From Octopus bimaculoides (taxonomy: Eukaryota): a stretch of DNA of 64,000 nt. Position numbers and translations under genes: made by a program. The DNA lies in the NCBI RefSeq assembly GCF_001194135.2, contig NC_068982.1, forward strand, positions 41,769,146-41,833,145. The letters run 5' to 3'. Below the pieces are notes generated by a model, which ran no database searches, was not told the origin of the DNA, and saw only the letters and a list, made by a program, of their open reading frames with translations. Below are positions 14,086 to 28,544 of the stretch, piece by piece; position 1 is the first letter of the stretch; each line of letters starts with the position of its first letter.

Positions 14086-17032
14086 ATATAAAAAATTTTA
14101 GTTCAATTTTTAAAAAAATTACTTTTCACTGTGCACTCACCACCACCACAACTATCATCTCTCTCTCTCTCTCTCCCTCCCTCTTTCTTTCTCTGTCTTT
14201 CTTTAATCGCACCATCAGAACATCATCCCTCTGCTAAAATTTTATTCCTAATTCTCCTCTATATCACTACCTTTCAACTAACTTTTTTAACCATGTAATA
14301 AATATTATGTTCCTCCTACCACATGCCATGGACACTTCTCTCTTTGTCTTTTCTCTCTTCCTCTTTTTCTCTCTCTCACTTTTTCTGCCTCACTCTTCAC
14401 CTCATCTTTTTCTCTCCCCTTTTTCTTTCTCTTGTTCTCTCTTTCCCTTCAACTAATCATGTGATTACATTCCCTCTATCTCACGTCATGGACACTTCTC
14501 TCACACTCTTTTTCTCTCTTCCTCTTTTCTTTCTCCCTCTTTTCTTTCTCCCTCTTTTTCTGTAATCACGTGGAAACATTACTGACAGGCTAAGTAACGT
14601 AATGACAAGCAAAATTAATATAAGATTTGTATAAAACAAAATTGTAAGTCATGTTTTTTCAAGAGTCTTAAGTAATGTTTCTTTAAAAATCCATGGTGCA
14701 TCTAGATACCTCTTGCAGTGTACTGTTTGAGAATGACTACTTTACACTGACAATGAACAACAAATGGTGACTGACACTACAAGAGCAAACAGCCTTACCA
14801 CATCAGAACTATCAATAGAACAACTAAAAGAAAACCTACAGGCAATAAATTCATAAATGCTATAAAATACCCTCATATACCTTCCACACAACAAAATAGT
14901 CAATATTTTCCTGTCAGACATTAGTACAAATAGAACAGACATTATTCAAGTACACTCAAATTGTCACAACCCACTATGTAGTTTATCAACCTGATAGAAA
15001 TAGCAGCTGAATTTTCCTTGAACCAGCTTAAAGATGGATGGCCAATGAAATCCGAGATATACAAAAAGATATAATAGTAATGATTGGATCATCATTGATT
15101 AGGACTGACATTTGGCCAAATAACCACAGTGCCATGTATCTCAAACTCACGCATTCCACTTTAACTTTGTGTAGGCCCATACGCACAACACTGTGCACTT
15201 CTTTTATTGCACACAAATACCTTCACAGCTTGATATACGTTTTCTATGAGTCAGCCTCATAAGGCCAGCCCAGTTTATCAACAGCTGGAACCAGGCCCAG
15301 TGAGGGAGTATAGAGGAAGCTCTCAAAGTCTTGTACCTTCAGAGGAGCCAGCAGCATCAACAATAGACCCTGCAACACTCATCATCATTATCACTGCACA
15401 CAGTACCACAGTCATCATCTTTGTTGTTCCTGCAGCCACCACTACCACCACCATCATCATAATCATCATGATAATTATTATTTCATTACTATATACCATT
15501 ACTTTGTCTCTATTAAATTCTCTGTGTGTTTCAGTCTTGCTTCACCAAAAATGTGAAGCCCAATATTCTAAGTATTTTCTTTCTTTAAGAACAACTATCC
15601 TTGTTTTTTCTTATGGTCACTGTCACACCATGGAGGTGTCACTGTCACACCATGGAGGTGCAATGGCCCAGTGGTTAGGGCAGCGGACTCGTGGTCATAG
15701 GATCGCGGTTTCGATTCCCAGACTGGGCGTTGTGAATGTTTATTGAGTGAAAACACCTAAAGTTCCACGAGGCTCCGGCAGGGGATGGTGTCGAACCCTG
15801 CTGTACTCTTTCACCACAACTTTCTCTCACTCTTACTTTCTGTTTCTGTTGTGCCTGTAATTCAAAGGGTCAGCCTTGTCACACTGTGTCACGCTGAATA
15901 TCCCCGAGAACTACGTTAAGGCAGTGCCTACATTGAATAAAATAGATCAATAGCAACATTTTCCTTTTATGGCAAAATATGCACCTAATTCAATAAAATT
16001 ATGAAGGTCACTCTGATTTCTATGCATAAAATGCAAAATATTTGATTCTTTTGTAGGTTAGGTAGGCATAATTTGCCCTGCCTTTCAATCTTTGTATTTA
16101 AGTTATGCATAGTAACGCTAGTATACATGCTCTGTACACTCCTACATTTTCTTTACAGGCTATGAAGGCAGAAGTAAATCTGCCTTCAACACAGTTGCAT
16201 GCCTGTATTTCGCTTATTTTTATTATTTCATTACTATATACCATTACCTGAGTAATTACTGACGGCATGTGCCTGATTATATCCCAGCTCACTTGAAGGG
16301 TTTTATCTTGTGAGTACTTGGCAACCTCACTAGTGCTGGTGCTATAAAAAAAAAAAAAAGCACCCAGTTCACTGTAAAGTGGTTGGCATTAGGAGGGATA
16401 TCCCGCTGAAGAAACCATGGTGAAGCAGAAAATTGAAGTTTGGTGCAATCCTTTGGCTTGTCAGTTCTTGTCAAACCACTCAACACATGCCAGTATGGAT
16501 AAAGGGACGTTATATGATGGTGATGACGACAATGATGATGATCTCTATTCTTTTCTCATTTATTTTATCTGTCTTTATACTCATTAATAGTATCTGTCTC
16601 TATTTATACTCATTTACAGAATCTGTTTCTGTACTCATTTTTCTAGCATCTATTCTATTTATATTCATAACATCTATCTTTATTTATACTCATTTATTGC
16701 ATCATATTCTTATATATAATTTATAGCATCTGTCTATTTATACTGAGATGCGTTTCACCATGTCGTGCCAAGAATCTCTGTCTCCTATTAGCTTTAAGTA
16801 AGTCCTCAATTTCAAATTGTGGTGTCTTTGCCAATAACATCAATGTAATAAAGTGGTCTTTGTATTCTGTTAGAGTGCAGAAGTTGCCAAAATACAACAT
16901 CTGTTCAGCATGATAGCAGTGGCAAGTAAGCATACCTTGCACTGAGTAACAATACTCTATACACTTGTGTGTGTGTGTGGGGGGGGGTATACATGTATGT
17001 ATGTGTATGTCTGTGCATATATCTGTTTTGGT

Positions 17033-17074
<42 letters not shown>

Positions 17075-18505
17075 CTCTCAACCTTGACTGTTTGCCTCTT
17101 GACCCTCTGATTTTTCTATTGTGTCATGGACTACCTATATGCTTTTATATATTTACATACCCAATATACATGTGGTGTGAGTAGGAGAATGGGGGATTGG
17201 GTTGAGTGTCTGCATGTATACAAATGTAAATGTTTGTGTGTGGGGGGGAGATCTCTGCACTTTTTGTTACTTCTACCCTACTCAGGTGCTAATTGAATTA
17301 CAATACTTAAAACACTGTGCCTAAATTGATGAAGCTGGATGAAGTTGAAGTGGGGTGTTCTGGTCATCTTAGAGTTCTAGCATTCCACTTGTCCACAAAT
17401 ACTATGCATCCAATACTCTTTGAAAAAGTTAAGGATCTTATTGCCCTGGTTGAGAAAAACATTGAACTGCATTTTGTGGTGAGATCCCAGGTGTTTGAGA
17501 GTATTGAGTTACCCCTTAGTCACATTATTCCCAGGTTTTTTCAAGCTTATGGTGGTAGTATCTGTTCAAGGCTCCAGTTATGGTTCAAATAGCAGAAGAT
17601 GGTCTGATGGCTAAGGCAGATGGAATTCAAAGAAGAGCTAGACTTTAGACATGTGTCACACAAAGCCACTGATATGTAGACTTACCCTGATGTTACATGT
17701 ATCAGCCACTCTGCCTAAAAGTTAAACAGGCCCTGTCTAACCTTTAGAGAGCAGGAGACAAGCAGAGTAAACTGGATAATAAATCAGCAAACAGCATTGG
17801 GAACCCATTGGTGTATCTTTTGTAAGAAAACTTATGAATTAAAAGCAGTGCTCTAGCATGGCCACAGTCAAACGACTGAAACAAATAAAAAAATAATCTT
17901 TTGCATGAAGGTCCATGATTGCCAACTCCTGGAGGCATGGAACAGAAAGAGAGAGGGAGAAAGACAGACAGACAGAGAGAGCAAGGGTTTTATATAAACT
18001 ACTTTATCATAACAATTTCACGGGATAATACATTTAATGCATATACAACTTCAGATTTGGAACATAGTCATAGGTATTGAACTAACACTCCATTGGCATT
18101 GTACTATATTTCCTCACCCCTCAGTCTCCCATTAAATAAGCACATAATAACAGGCATTTGTGGACCTTACATTATTGAATCATTTAGCTTAGAACATGCT
18201 CATGCTCACTCTATCTCTTCCTAATGCACTCTATACCTAGTCATTTTTCTTTACTCTTTCATCTTCCTAATCCTTGTTCCATCCTGTTGTTGTTGTTTTT
18301 TTGTCTTTCTTACCCCCTTCCTCCACTTCATACTACTTTCATTTTGTCTGTTTTCATTTTCCTTTTAATGTTATTATCGGTTGTTACTCGCAAACTTATC
18401 TTCTTTAATCGGTGCGAGTTCTCTGATGAAATATTGATGCAAATATGCTTGTTGTACATATGTAGCATGGAAAGGACCACATGGAACTGCAGTAATAAAG
18501 ATTAT

Positions 18506-18508
<3 letters not shown>

Positions 18509-18563
<55 letters not shown>

Positions 18564-18640
18564 TCACTCACTCACTCACTCACTCACTCACTCACTCACT
18601 CACTCACCCACTCACCCACTCACTCACTCACTCACTCACA
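18509..18640. repeat. Compound microsatellite (CT)n(CACT)n
   Basis: Directly visible; similar compound arrays at 34325-34480, 5681-5935, 46535-46605, plus many (TA)n and (CA)n runs. Confidence 0.95.
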
Positions 18641-19148
18641 CGCAGCTGGCCAATTGGTAGCATCATTAGCGCATTTGATAGACTACTGTAGTTGTTTCAG
18701 CTCTCTTATGCTTTGAGTTCAAATCCCACTGAGATCAACTTTAGCTTTTATTGTTTCTGGATCAGTAAATAATAACAGTCCTATACAGGAGTCACTCTTC
18801 CTTTTTTCTTCATATTTTCTTTTTTTCTTTTTTGGAAGAAATTGGCTGTGGTTAGACTTGGAGATGAATGGGTTCTGCAAAGTCTGAGGTGTCCCAAACA
18901 CACCTTTAACTTGATCAAGGAGTTCAGGGCTGAATGCAAGACAAGGCATAGTGCTCTATATTGACATTGTAATGTTTTAGATAATTTACTATTATATTTA
19001 TGGAAGCTAAAAAATGTAAGCATGTACATGAAAATCTTGCAGAGACAGGATGTCTGTAGTAGTATCTACAGGGGCAAAATCGGTATATGACATGCCTGCA
19101 TGAATGTGCGTATATATATATATATATATATATATATANNNNNNNNNN

Positions 19149-19182
<34 letters not shown>

Positions 19183-19649
19183 TATGTATATGAACAGCTG
19201 TACACTGGGTGGTGTGTCTGCCATACTGGAACAAGTTTGACCCAGATACCATATAAATTTCAAAAAGAACAAACTCACTATCTTCTTTTCAGATTCTTTG
19301 ATGTATGCAGTTGACTGATGTTATTTTTATTGTTGTTATTTTATCATTACAGCTACATTAACTCAAGACATTCCTATTTTCCTTTTTTCTCTCAACTGTA
19401 TATGTGTGTATGTATATATGAATATATATAGTGTGGCTGCCTTCTCGTATATGAGCAAGCCATTGCTAGGAAGAGTCATTGATAATGCAATGCAAGGCAC
19501 TTATATGACTCTTGAGCCCCACCAAAGATCTGCACATTTTATTGCACAATGCACATATTAATGTTTTGTTTGAATCATTTCTTTTATAATAGTGTCTAAA
19601 CTGTGATTGTACAAGCCCTCTAAATAGATGTATGTATTGTTTATTTCAG

Positions 19650-19789
19650 CAAACATTGACAATATTACATCTCAACAGAGAAGAAACATCGATGAACCCA
19701 AACCTCAGAAGTTAGCTGACTCAAAACATGGCAGCCGCAGGTGGGATGGCCGCCGTCATACTTTAACAAGTGGAGTTGATCATAGTATG
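19650..19789 (+). CDS. SAPCD2: SAPCD2-like, internal coding exon A (first exon identified; upstream exons not found)
   Basis: Acceptor ttatttcag|, phase 1 start; reads NIDNITSQQRRNIDEPKPQKLADSKHGSRRWDGRRHTLTSGVDHSM; donor ATG|GTGAGT at 19790. RRHT..SGVD matches my recollection of human SAPCD2 RRHTIASGVD. Confidence 0.9.
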
Positions 19790-22700
19790 GTGAGTTATAC
19801 TCCTTGGGTTAAAATTCTTATGCTATTTTATTTCTTGTGCTGCACATTAGTTTGCATATGGCTGTGTGGTTAAGAAGTTCGCCTTGCAATCACATGATTT
19901 GGGGTTCAGTCCTACTGCATGGCGTCTTGGGTAAGTGTCTTCTATTACAACCCCAGGTTGACCAATGCTTTGTGAGTGAATTTGGTAGCTGGAAATTGTG
20001 TGGAAGCCCATCATATATATGTGTATGTGTATGTGTGTATGCATGTAAGTATTCTTTTACTTCTCTTACTTTTTTTTTCAGTCATTATACTGCAGCTATG
20101 TTGGAGCCTTGAAGGCTTTAATCTCTTTTTGCCAGATTGCTAAGTTACAGAGATATAATCAAACCAACATAGGTTGTGAAGTATTGGGGGTAACCACACA
20201 CACACACACATACACATGCATGTGCGAAGTAAAAGGAATTAAAAATTCTGGGTAGATAACTATAAAGCACTCAGTGCCCAACAAGTTTGGTTAACTATAT
20301 CCGACAATCAGACATCAATAAATGCAACTAGAATAAACATCCAGTGTAATTCTTCATGTTTGACCAGTAAATCCAAATATTGTTTAGAAGAATTTCAAAA
20401 AATTCAGAGTATAAGACAAGAACAAGAATGGAGAAAATCACATCTTTAATTGGTGATTAGGTTGTGGGTAGCGATTTTCTTCACTACTTCAGCGAGTGAT
20501 GACCCTACCTGACACGAGTCCTGGGCTCAGCTGGCTTCAGCTGACAGTACCTGGTATGGGCCCCTATCCAGAGTTATGGAAAGGAGACAACCTTCAAAGA
20601 AATTTGGAGTGGAGCCCCATAGGCAGCTTAGTGTTCAACTTGACACTCTTCCGGCAGCTCCTGCAACCAAGCTGGTGCCAAACGTAATGCTCTGCATTCC
20701 TTTGGACTACATCAGTAAGGTCGAGAGAGGAATCCTGACGATTGGGCTGCCCAGGATTTTCTTACGTCTAGCCCAGGCCTGCGCAAAACTGAAAAGGAAA
20801 CTGGAGATGACATGAAATGTAAAACCAGACTGGATTAGTTTATGCGCAACTCCATTGTCTCCCGAGACAAATGGATGCCAACAACATTTGGTGATTACAT
20901 CATGCAATACCTATGATCATTTCAGTTGTGCCAGCATATTTAGATACAGAAAATACCAGTCAAATCAATAAATCCAATAATCTATGTTAACACAATGTTG
21001 TCAAAGCAATCCAGAATTGGTTAAATTCAAAGTGAACTAAGAAAATATCTTTAGTAGACAAACACATACAAAAATAACAATGGGCTTCTTAAAGTTTCTG
21101 TCCACCAAATCCACTCGTGTGGAACTGAACTTACAACCATGTGATTGGGTAGAAAACTTCTTAACACACAGGCATGCCTGCACCTATATGTGTGTGTGGG
21201 GCGGGGTGGGGGTGGTGTCTGTGTTTGTCCACCCACCATTTAACAACTGGTGTTGGTTTGTTTACATCCCCATAACTTATCAGTTCTACAAAAGAGGCTG
21301 ATAGAATTACTACCTGATTTAAAAAGACAATAATTACTGGGATCAGTTTGTTTGACTTATCTTTGAAAGTAACAAGTAAAAGAGTCATTAGCTTTCCAGA
21401 TGTTTTCATCAAATGCTTTTTTTTTTCATGTTAATTTAGACTGATGCTTCTATTTAAATTTTTAAACTGATGCATTGCACACCGGAATAGCACAACAAAC
21501 TGACTGTGATTTCATAATTTGACCTTTTAGGTTAGTTCTTTAGTTATTTAGAAGAAGGATTCTTTACTTTGATCTGTGTTACATGTAAATTTTAAAATTA
21601 GGTGTTATTAACAATTGGTTCTAATATGGTTGCTGATGTAGCCATATATCTCCCCTACATTAAGACATCTGTTCCTATCCCTCTGTCATATTCTTTCCTT
21701 CAACTCTTGATATAAGCCAATTTCCTCAATGCTACACCCTTCTCCTAAACCAAGGGGTCTTGTTTTGTAAACCAGTTGGTCATCTCACTAATGCTGGTGA
21801 CATGAAAAAGCATCCAGTACACTCTGTAAAGTGGTTGGCACTAAGAAGGGCATCTAGCTATATAACCCATGCCAAAACAGATATTGGAGCTCAACTCAGT
21901 TCTTTGACTTGTCGGATACTGTCAAAGTCAAATTGTGAAATATGGATACTAAATGATAGGTGCAATGCCAGAAATTGAGGTAGAGGGCTATAATGTTTAT
22001 TATGTGCACTCCAGTACTTGACTGGTATTTTTCAACTAATTTTAAAAAATATTTTTCTCATTATTCACCTATTTTCTAGACATTAGTTGAGATTTTCTCA
22101 CTTTTGGATTGCACTAAGATAACCTTCAAGATGAGAGATAAGTAACATGTAACCTTTTCCTTGTGAACTCATTAGTTTATTCCTTATTTTCTAAATCCAA
22201 TTAAGCTCTGCTACATAGCTCTGTCAATTCTTCAGAAAAGCTTGCATTTATTTCTTTTTTCTATTTTAAAAGAATTTATGTAATCTGTCTCTTCTCATTC
22301 ACCAACTATTTTGGTAATGTGGTTCGTTTTGTAGTTTTTACCTGTAGTAACATAGATGTTGCTATAGCATTTAGAAGCTGTTTCAGTCTCATATTCTGAG
22401 CCTTGTTTTTTTTTTTCTTGTTTTCACTTCATATATAAAACTTTCATCTATTTTAACCCTTTTGATACCCACTCTCCTGATTCTGTCCTTAGTTCTATGG
22501 TATAAATTCCCTCTTTTAACCGTTTATCATTTAAACCAGCCATATCTGACCTAAATATCCTATCTGTTTTCTGTTCAAACCAGCCAAATCTCATCTCTCA
22601 CGCCTAACCTACAACATCATTCTACAAATAAACAATCACATCATTGAAATCTTGAAGCTGCAAGATAATGCATGATTGATTCAAAACAATGTGAATAAAT

Positions 22701-24459
22701 AAATAAGTATTGCATTTGACAGAGTAATCTGAATGTTAAAGGGTTAAAGTGATCTAGATTAAAACCTTCCATTCAAATTCCATGTTAATTTGTGTTCCAA
22801 ACACTAGCTTAATGACAGCAAAGTTATTTCAGTAAATTCTTCATCATTTCAAAATTAATTGAAACAAATGTAGTGTATTTTAGCAGAAACATGGTATCAA
22901 AAAGATTAAATAGGGGATATCAGAGCCAACAATGGAACTCCTACGTGATTGCTCATAGTAGCCAAATCACCCCTAAATTGTAGGGAGAACATAAGAAAAT
23001 GGAGTCCTAGATATGTGGTACCTGAGAAATATTAAATAGGATGCTCATGGTGGGAATGACTTCAGTCAGTGGTTTGCCCTGTCGATCTCTTTTACTCTTT
23101 TACTTGTTTCAGCATTTTGTCTGTCTTTACATTCTGAGTTCAAATTCTGCCAATGCCAACTTTGCCTTTCAACCTTTTGGGGTTGATGAGATTAGTACCA
23201 ATTGAATAACGAGGTCTATGTAATTGACAAGCCCCTCCCCCAAATTTCAGACTTTATGTCTATAGCAGAAAGGATTATTAAGGTGGTGGGATGGCAGAAT
23301 CATTAGCATGCCAGAAAAACTATCCTGTGATCCTTTCCAGACAAAAAAGACGTCATCAATAAACTGTAACCAGACGTCACCAATGAACCATAAATGTTGG
23401 TTCATGACCATGTAGGGATTTGAATGTCTTCAGCAACTGTGTCTTGTTCACAGCTGCTGAAGACACTCACTAGGTTTGATTGGCCTGCGGCTATGGTGAA
23501 AGACACTTTCTAGAGTATAAATAAAAGCAAGCAAATATTTTCAAGAAGCTCTAGCTATATAATGTTAAGCTGATAATAAACCTCTTCAGCTTAGAATAAT
23601 ATTCGCTCAAAAGTAATATTTTCACAGAATTTGATTGCTTTTTTTCAACAACTAGAGGAATTTGAGTATGTTGAATTGTTTTCTTTAAATATACAACAAA
23701 ACGCTCTTAATGGATTTGAACTCAAACCATGCAGTTTTGAATACATTATTCACTCAGTTGAATGCATTATTTAACCAGTCACTTCATCACTGGTGTGTGT
23801 GTGTACATGCACGACTACCAACCTAAATGCAGTGTGAAACATTTTCAAATTTGCAGCATGTGTTTACTCCTCTTTTTGTCTTGATTTCTTTGGAATATTT
23901 TCTCCTATTTAGTGGTTCTCTTGTTTCTTGTCACAGAATACAAGCTCTGGTAAAAAGCAACACCCCCGCATGTTTTAATCTCTCTCTTGTGTATATGTAA
24001 AACAAACATGCACACACACACATACATCCACACGTGTATTCATATATGCATGCATATGCATATGTGCATACATGCATGCACAACACATCTTTTTAAATCT
24101 CTTTTCCTGTTTGCTGTTTTCATTTGGACCAGCCTCACATATGTCACAAATGTTGCATGTTGTATAGAATCAATGAATGAGATTTTGTGAATAAAATGAA
24201 AGATTGAAAGAACATGAAAGATTGAAAGAAAATGTAATATTTGAAATAATCTAGAGATAGAATTTAGATTCTAATGTTGTGAAAGAGTTGTGAACAAATA
24301 AATGAATAGCATTGTATAGAATTTGAGGAAAACTGTTGTATTGAATAGAAATGGTTGTGAAAATGATAAAAAAAAAAAAAAATTTGCTGGCATTTAGTTT
24401 ATCATTCTTACTACAAAACACTTAAAGTCTTTTCATTTTGAATTGTTTTGATTGCTCAG

Positions 24460-24603
24460 ATTAAACGGATGCGACAACTGGAAGAAGAAAAAGAGATTCT
24501 GGAACAAGGAATGGAAATAGTACAGTCTGCAAAGCGTTGGTATCAGAAGCAAATTGCTTCAGTTGATGATAAACAGAAAGTTGCTGCTTGGTCATCATAC
24601 AAT
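24460..24603 (+). CDS. SAPCD2: SAPCD2-like coding exon B (suppressor-APC coiled coil)
   Basis: ttgctcag| ... AAT|GTGAGT, 144 nt, phase 0/0; IKRMRQLEEEKEILEQGMEIVQSAKRWYQKQIASVDDKQKVAAWSSYN, similar to human LKQMKELEQEKEVLLQGLEMMARGRDWYQQQL. Confidence 0.92.
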
Positions 24604-24770
24604 GTGAGTTTATTTCACTTCCTTTACGCTCAATCAACTTAGTATAGACCTAGTCGTAGTTTCCTTGACTTTCTCAATTTATTTATTAATTTCTCTCACA
24701 AAAGACAGCCAGGTTAAATCTCAGGATGTTGGGCTACAACAGGGTGTTGAATGGGATGACAATGAATTAA

Positions 24771-24990
24771 CTCTTTAGTATTTAATCTGGACATATCCGA
24801 CCCAAATATTCTACCTGTTCTATGTTCAAATCAACCAGATCTCATCTCTCACACCTACCCTACAATGTCATTCTAAAAATAAACAATCACCTCATCAAAA
24901 TCTCGAAGCTACAGGATATTGCATGATTAATTCAAAACAAGGTGAATAAATAAGTATTATATTTCACAGAGTAATCGGCATGCTAAAGGG
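24771..24990. mobile_element. piggyBac-like MITE with TTAA TSD
   Basis: TTAA|CTCTTTAGTATT ... ATGCTAAAGGG|TTAA; same family at about 22520-22747 and 54486-55228 (two nested copies). Confidence 0.75.
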
Positions 24991-25289
24991 TTAAGACTAA
25001 TAGCAACATGCTGTACTACAGATCTGTGCAACCCATACTAGCATGGGAACATAGACAGTAAAACCAGAATTATGATGATATATAAATAGTATTGAAATGA
25101 ATTGCTAACAATGACAGTACAAAAAGAAAAGCAATAAACACTGGAACCATATCGTTTTTTTATTCTTTTCTTTAGTTCTCATTCAGTTGAAATAATGAGG
25201 AAAAGCTGATTCTACTTCTCTTTTGTTAGTAGCTTCTGTCCATTTCTTTTCTTCTTTTTCTTGTTAGTAGCTTTTCTTCTATATTTATT

Positions 25290-25339
<50 letters not shown>

Positions 25340-25584
25340 CTTATTGCCTCACTTTATTCTATTGTCTAGTTAACACAGACAGAAGCCACTTCCATTTACA
25401 TAACTGATTTTTATCCTCATCTTCATTATCATCATTTGTTGTTAGCATCTTTCCTTTCTTAATAAAAAAAAAGATACAATCATCACAACTTTTCTTTCTT
25501 CTATATTAAGAAAAACAAAAAAAAAATTCAGGTTTCGTACCTATCTAAGAGAGACACTAGTGTAGGAGGTTGTAAAAACATTAA

Positions 25585-25800
25585 GCCTTTTGGTACCAAC
25601 CTATCTAAGACCACCTCTGGTTCCATGATTTAAGCTTCTTGTTTTAAGGTGATCTAAATTAAAACCTATTAAAATATCATACTAATTTGTTTCAAACGCC
25701 AATTTAATCATGACAGAATTACTTTACTAAATTCTTCTTTAATTTCAAAATTAATTGAAACAAAAGTGTATTTCAATGGAAATAGAGTAACAAAAGGTTT
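25585..25800. mobile_element. Second piggyBac-like MITE family
   Basis: TTAA|GCCTTTTGGTACC ... CAAAAGGT|TTAA; partial copies at about 877-1010, 3090-3235, 22750-22915, 28060-28290. Confidence 0.6.
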
Positions 25801-28381
25801 AAAGAGCTGGACTGGGTACTTTATGTTATACAACAGGGTGTTGAATGTTGTACATAGTTTGGTGTATCACCTTCTTGGGTTTATATAAAAATGTTTATTT
25901 TGTCTTTCCTATTTCATGAGTTGAAAAATACAGAGGAATATTATATGGGATATCTACACTCTTGTGAGCAATGTGGTTGTGTGGCTGAGAAGCTTACTTC
26001 CCAACCCTGTGGCTTTGGGTTCAGTCCCACTGCATGGCACATTGGGCAAATGTCTTCTACTATTTCTACTATAGCCCTAGGCCAACCAAATCCTTGTGAG
26101 TGAATTTTGTAGAAGGAAATTGAAACAAGCTCATCACCATCATCATCATCAACATTTAATGTCTGTTTTCCATGCTGGCATGAGTTGAACTGATTGACAG
26201 AAACTGGCAAGGCCAGTGGCTGCACCAGGTTCCATAGTCTGTTTTGGCTTGGTTTCTATGACTAGATGCCCTTTCTAATGCCAACCACTCCACAAAGTGT
26301 ACTGGGTGCTTTTTATGTGACACTAGCACCCACACCAATGTGTGTGTGTGCATGCATGTGCATATGTGTGTGTGCGTATGCATGTGTTTATAGTTTCTTC
26401 CATGAAAAACATGTTTGGCTCTGGGGAATATTACTTTGCTTGGAAACAGGTGAGGGTTGGTGACAGGAAAGGTATCTGGCCATAGAAAATCTGCCTCAAG
26501 CATAGAAAAGTGGGCATTAAATGATTATGATGATGAGTATGATGGACTAATAGTCTTGGATGGGTTTCATTATGTCACCTATATCTCCTTTTTAACAATA
26601 GTTGGCCTTGAGCCTGGAGAAAACAATGGTTATCATTTGGGGTGGTGACAGCATCCTAGAGCCAACTTTATTATTTTTTAAATTTAAGTCTTGTTATCTT
26701 CAAAGAAGTAATATCATATCATTTTCTTTCTAATAATAATTCTTTCTAATTTTGGCATAAAGCCAGCAATTTTGAGGAGAGTGAAAGTTAATTATGTCAA
26801 CCCAGTGTTCAGCTGGTATTTATTTTATCAACCCCAAAAGGATGAAAAGCAAAGTTGATCTCAGTAGTATTTGAACTTAGAACATAAAAAGCCAAGAAAG
26901 ATACTGCTAAGTATTTTGCCTAACATTCTAATGATTCTGCCAGCTTGCTGCCTTTTATCATATTTTTTTTAAATGTTGTTTCTTGACTGATCCTATGAGT
27001 TAAGTGATTGTAAGCATGATTCGTATCAAAATACTAAGTTGTAAAATTCATGCATTTTTGGAAATGCATGAATGGCACAACTTCATTTTGGAGAAAGCAA
27101 TGAGAAAAATTAGAGAAAGCAATGAGTCACCATCTTTTCAGAAAAATAAGACACACACGTAGCAATCTATCTCTGGAAAAGTGATCCTTTTTATAGAAAG
27201 AAATATATTAGAATCAATTCAATTAACTATACTCCCTTCCTCTCTCTCCTACAAATACTGGCTTTGTTCACAGTCAAGGGAAATCATTATTATCCATGTG
27301 AAATCAGCTGCTATTTTTGTCTGTAATTTTCATTAACTCTAACAAAATAGCAACTTGAATGAATTGCAAGCTGAAATATGCTGCTGGCATTTTGTTGTCT
27401 TTGAACAAGACACTTGCATTTTATGTGGTTAACTTTAACTAATTTTCAATAATAGGCTCCAGATATTCAGGGAAACTTTCATTCTGCAAATGCTGCTGAA
27501 ATTGAAGTTAAAATACTGGTCTGATGGAAAACCATGGTTTGTGAAATGATCAGGAATATTATAATTTACAACTTCAGTTGGATGTGTAATTTACAATGAT
27601 TCATTATTTGCATTGTATATAGAATAGCTAACTCCCAGCCAAGGGGTCTAGGATTCATGTCATACCTCTGGCATTGAGTTGCATCCATGACCAACACAAT
27701 TTTTAAACAGCTTGGAATTACAATGCTAAGTTCAATTCTTTCTATAGCTACAACTACATGCAAAGGGGATTTACTCCTCATTTGTTTAATACTTTAAAAA
27801 TTGCAGATAAACACTAGCTTTCTAAATCTTTGGGATTTGAAAATTTGAAAAAAGACAGTTTTTTTTTTTGTTTTGTTATAGGAAATATCATTAATAAACG
27901 GGTGCCATTTGTGTGACACCAGTACCTGCCATGACTGCGATTTTGCTCAGATTGATGGGTCTTCTTCTGAAGCACGACATAATGCCAAAGGTCTTGGTCA
28001 TTGCCCCCATGGGGCCCAACACTCGAAAGGAAGTCAGCCACATATCTAAACTTCTCATTAAGCCTTTTGCTACTATATTTTTGTTGAAATACACTATCTT
28101 CATTTCAATGAATTTTGAAAATAATGAAGAATTTAGCAAAATAACCTTGTCATTACTAAGCTGATGTTTGGAATATAAATTAACATAGAATCGTGAGGAA
28201 TGGTTTTAATTTAGATCACTTTAAAACATGGAGTTCGTATTAGAGAAGCATGGGTCACCTTGGGTAGGTGGGTTTCAAAAGGGTTAAACTTCACTAAATC
28301 TATTGGAAAGTGATTGAATCTGAATTAAAACAAAAGCTGCCAAAAGATATTAATTTTTTTTTTAAATTCTTCATTTTGCAG

Positions 28382-28483
28382 GATTCTTCATTAGAAGCAA
28401 ATCAAGAACGGATGAATTTTCAGAAAACCAGGATATCTGAAGTCAATCAACAGTTAAGAGCACTGATTGAAAGCTCAGAGAAG
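28382..28483 (+). CDS. SAPCD2: SAPCD2-like coding exon C
   Basis: ttcattttgcag| ... AAG|GTAATT, 102 nt, phase 0/0; DSSLEANQERMNFQKTRISEVNQQLRALIESSEK; in frame with both neighbours. Confidence 0.85.
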
Positions 28484-28544
28484 GTAATTAGGTGTTTTAT
28501 TATCACTTTGTCACTTCATTTTGTTTTGAGTCTTGCTTCATATA

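Noticed and set aside
14690-15240. A/C-skewed, LINE-like stretch
   Set aside because: No diagnostic motif recognised; left unannotated.
15246-15746. 166-aa ORF, one of the longest without N-runs
   Set aside because: Runs through (CAT/CAC)n repeats into a SINE head; no recognisable homology or splice signals.
17317-17592. 91-aa ORF MPKLMKLDEV...
   Set aside because: No recognisable domain; the opposite strand has only faint RT-like traces, too weak to call.
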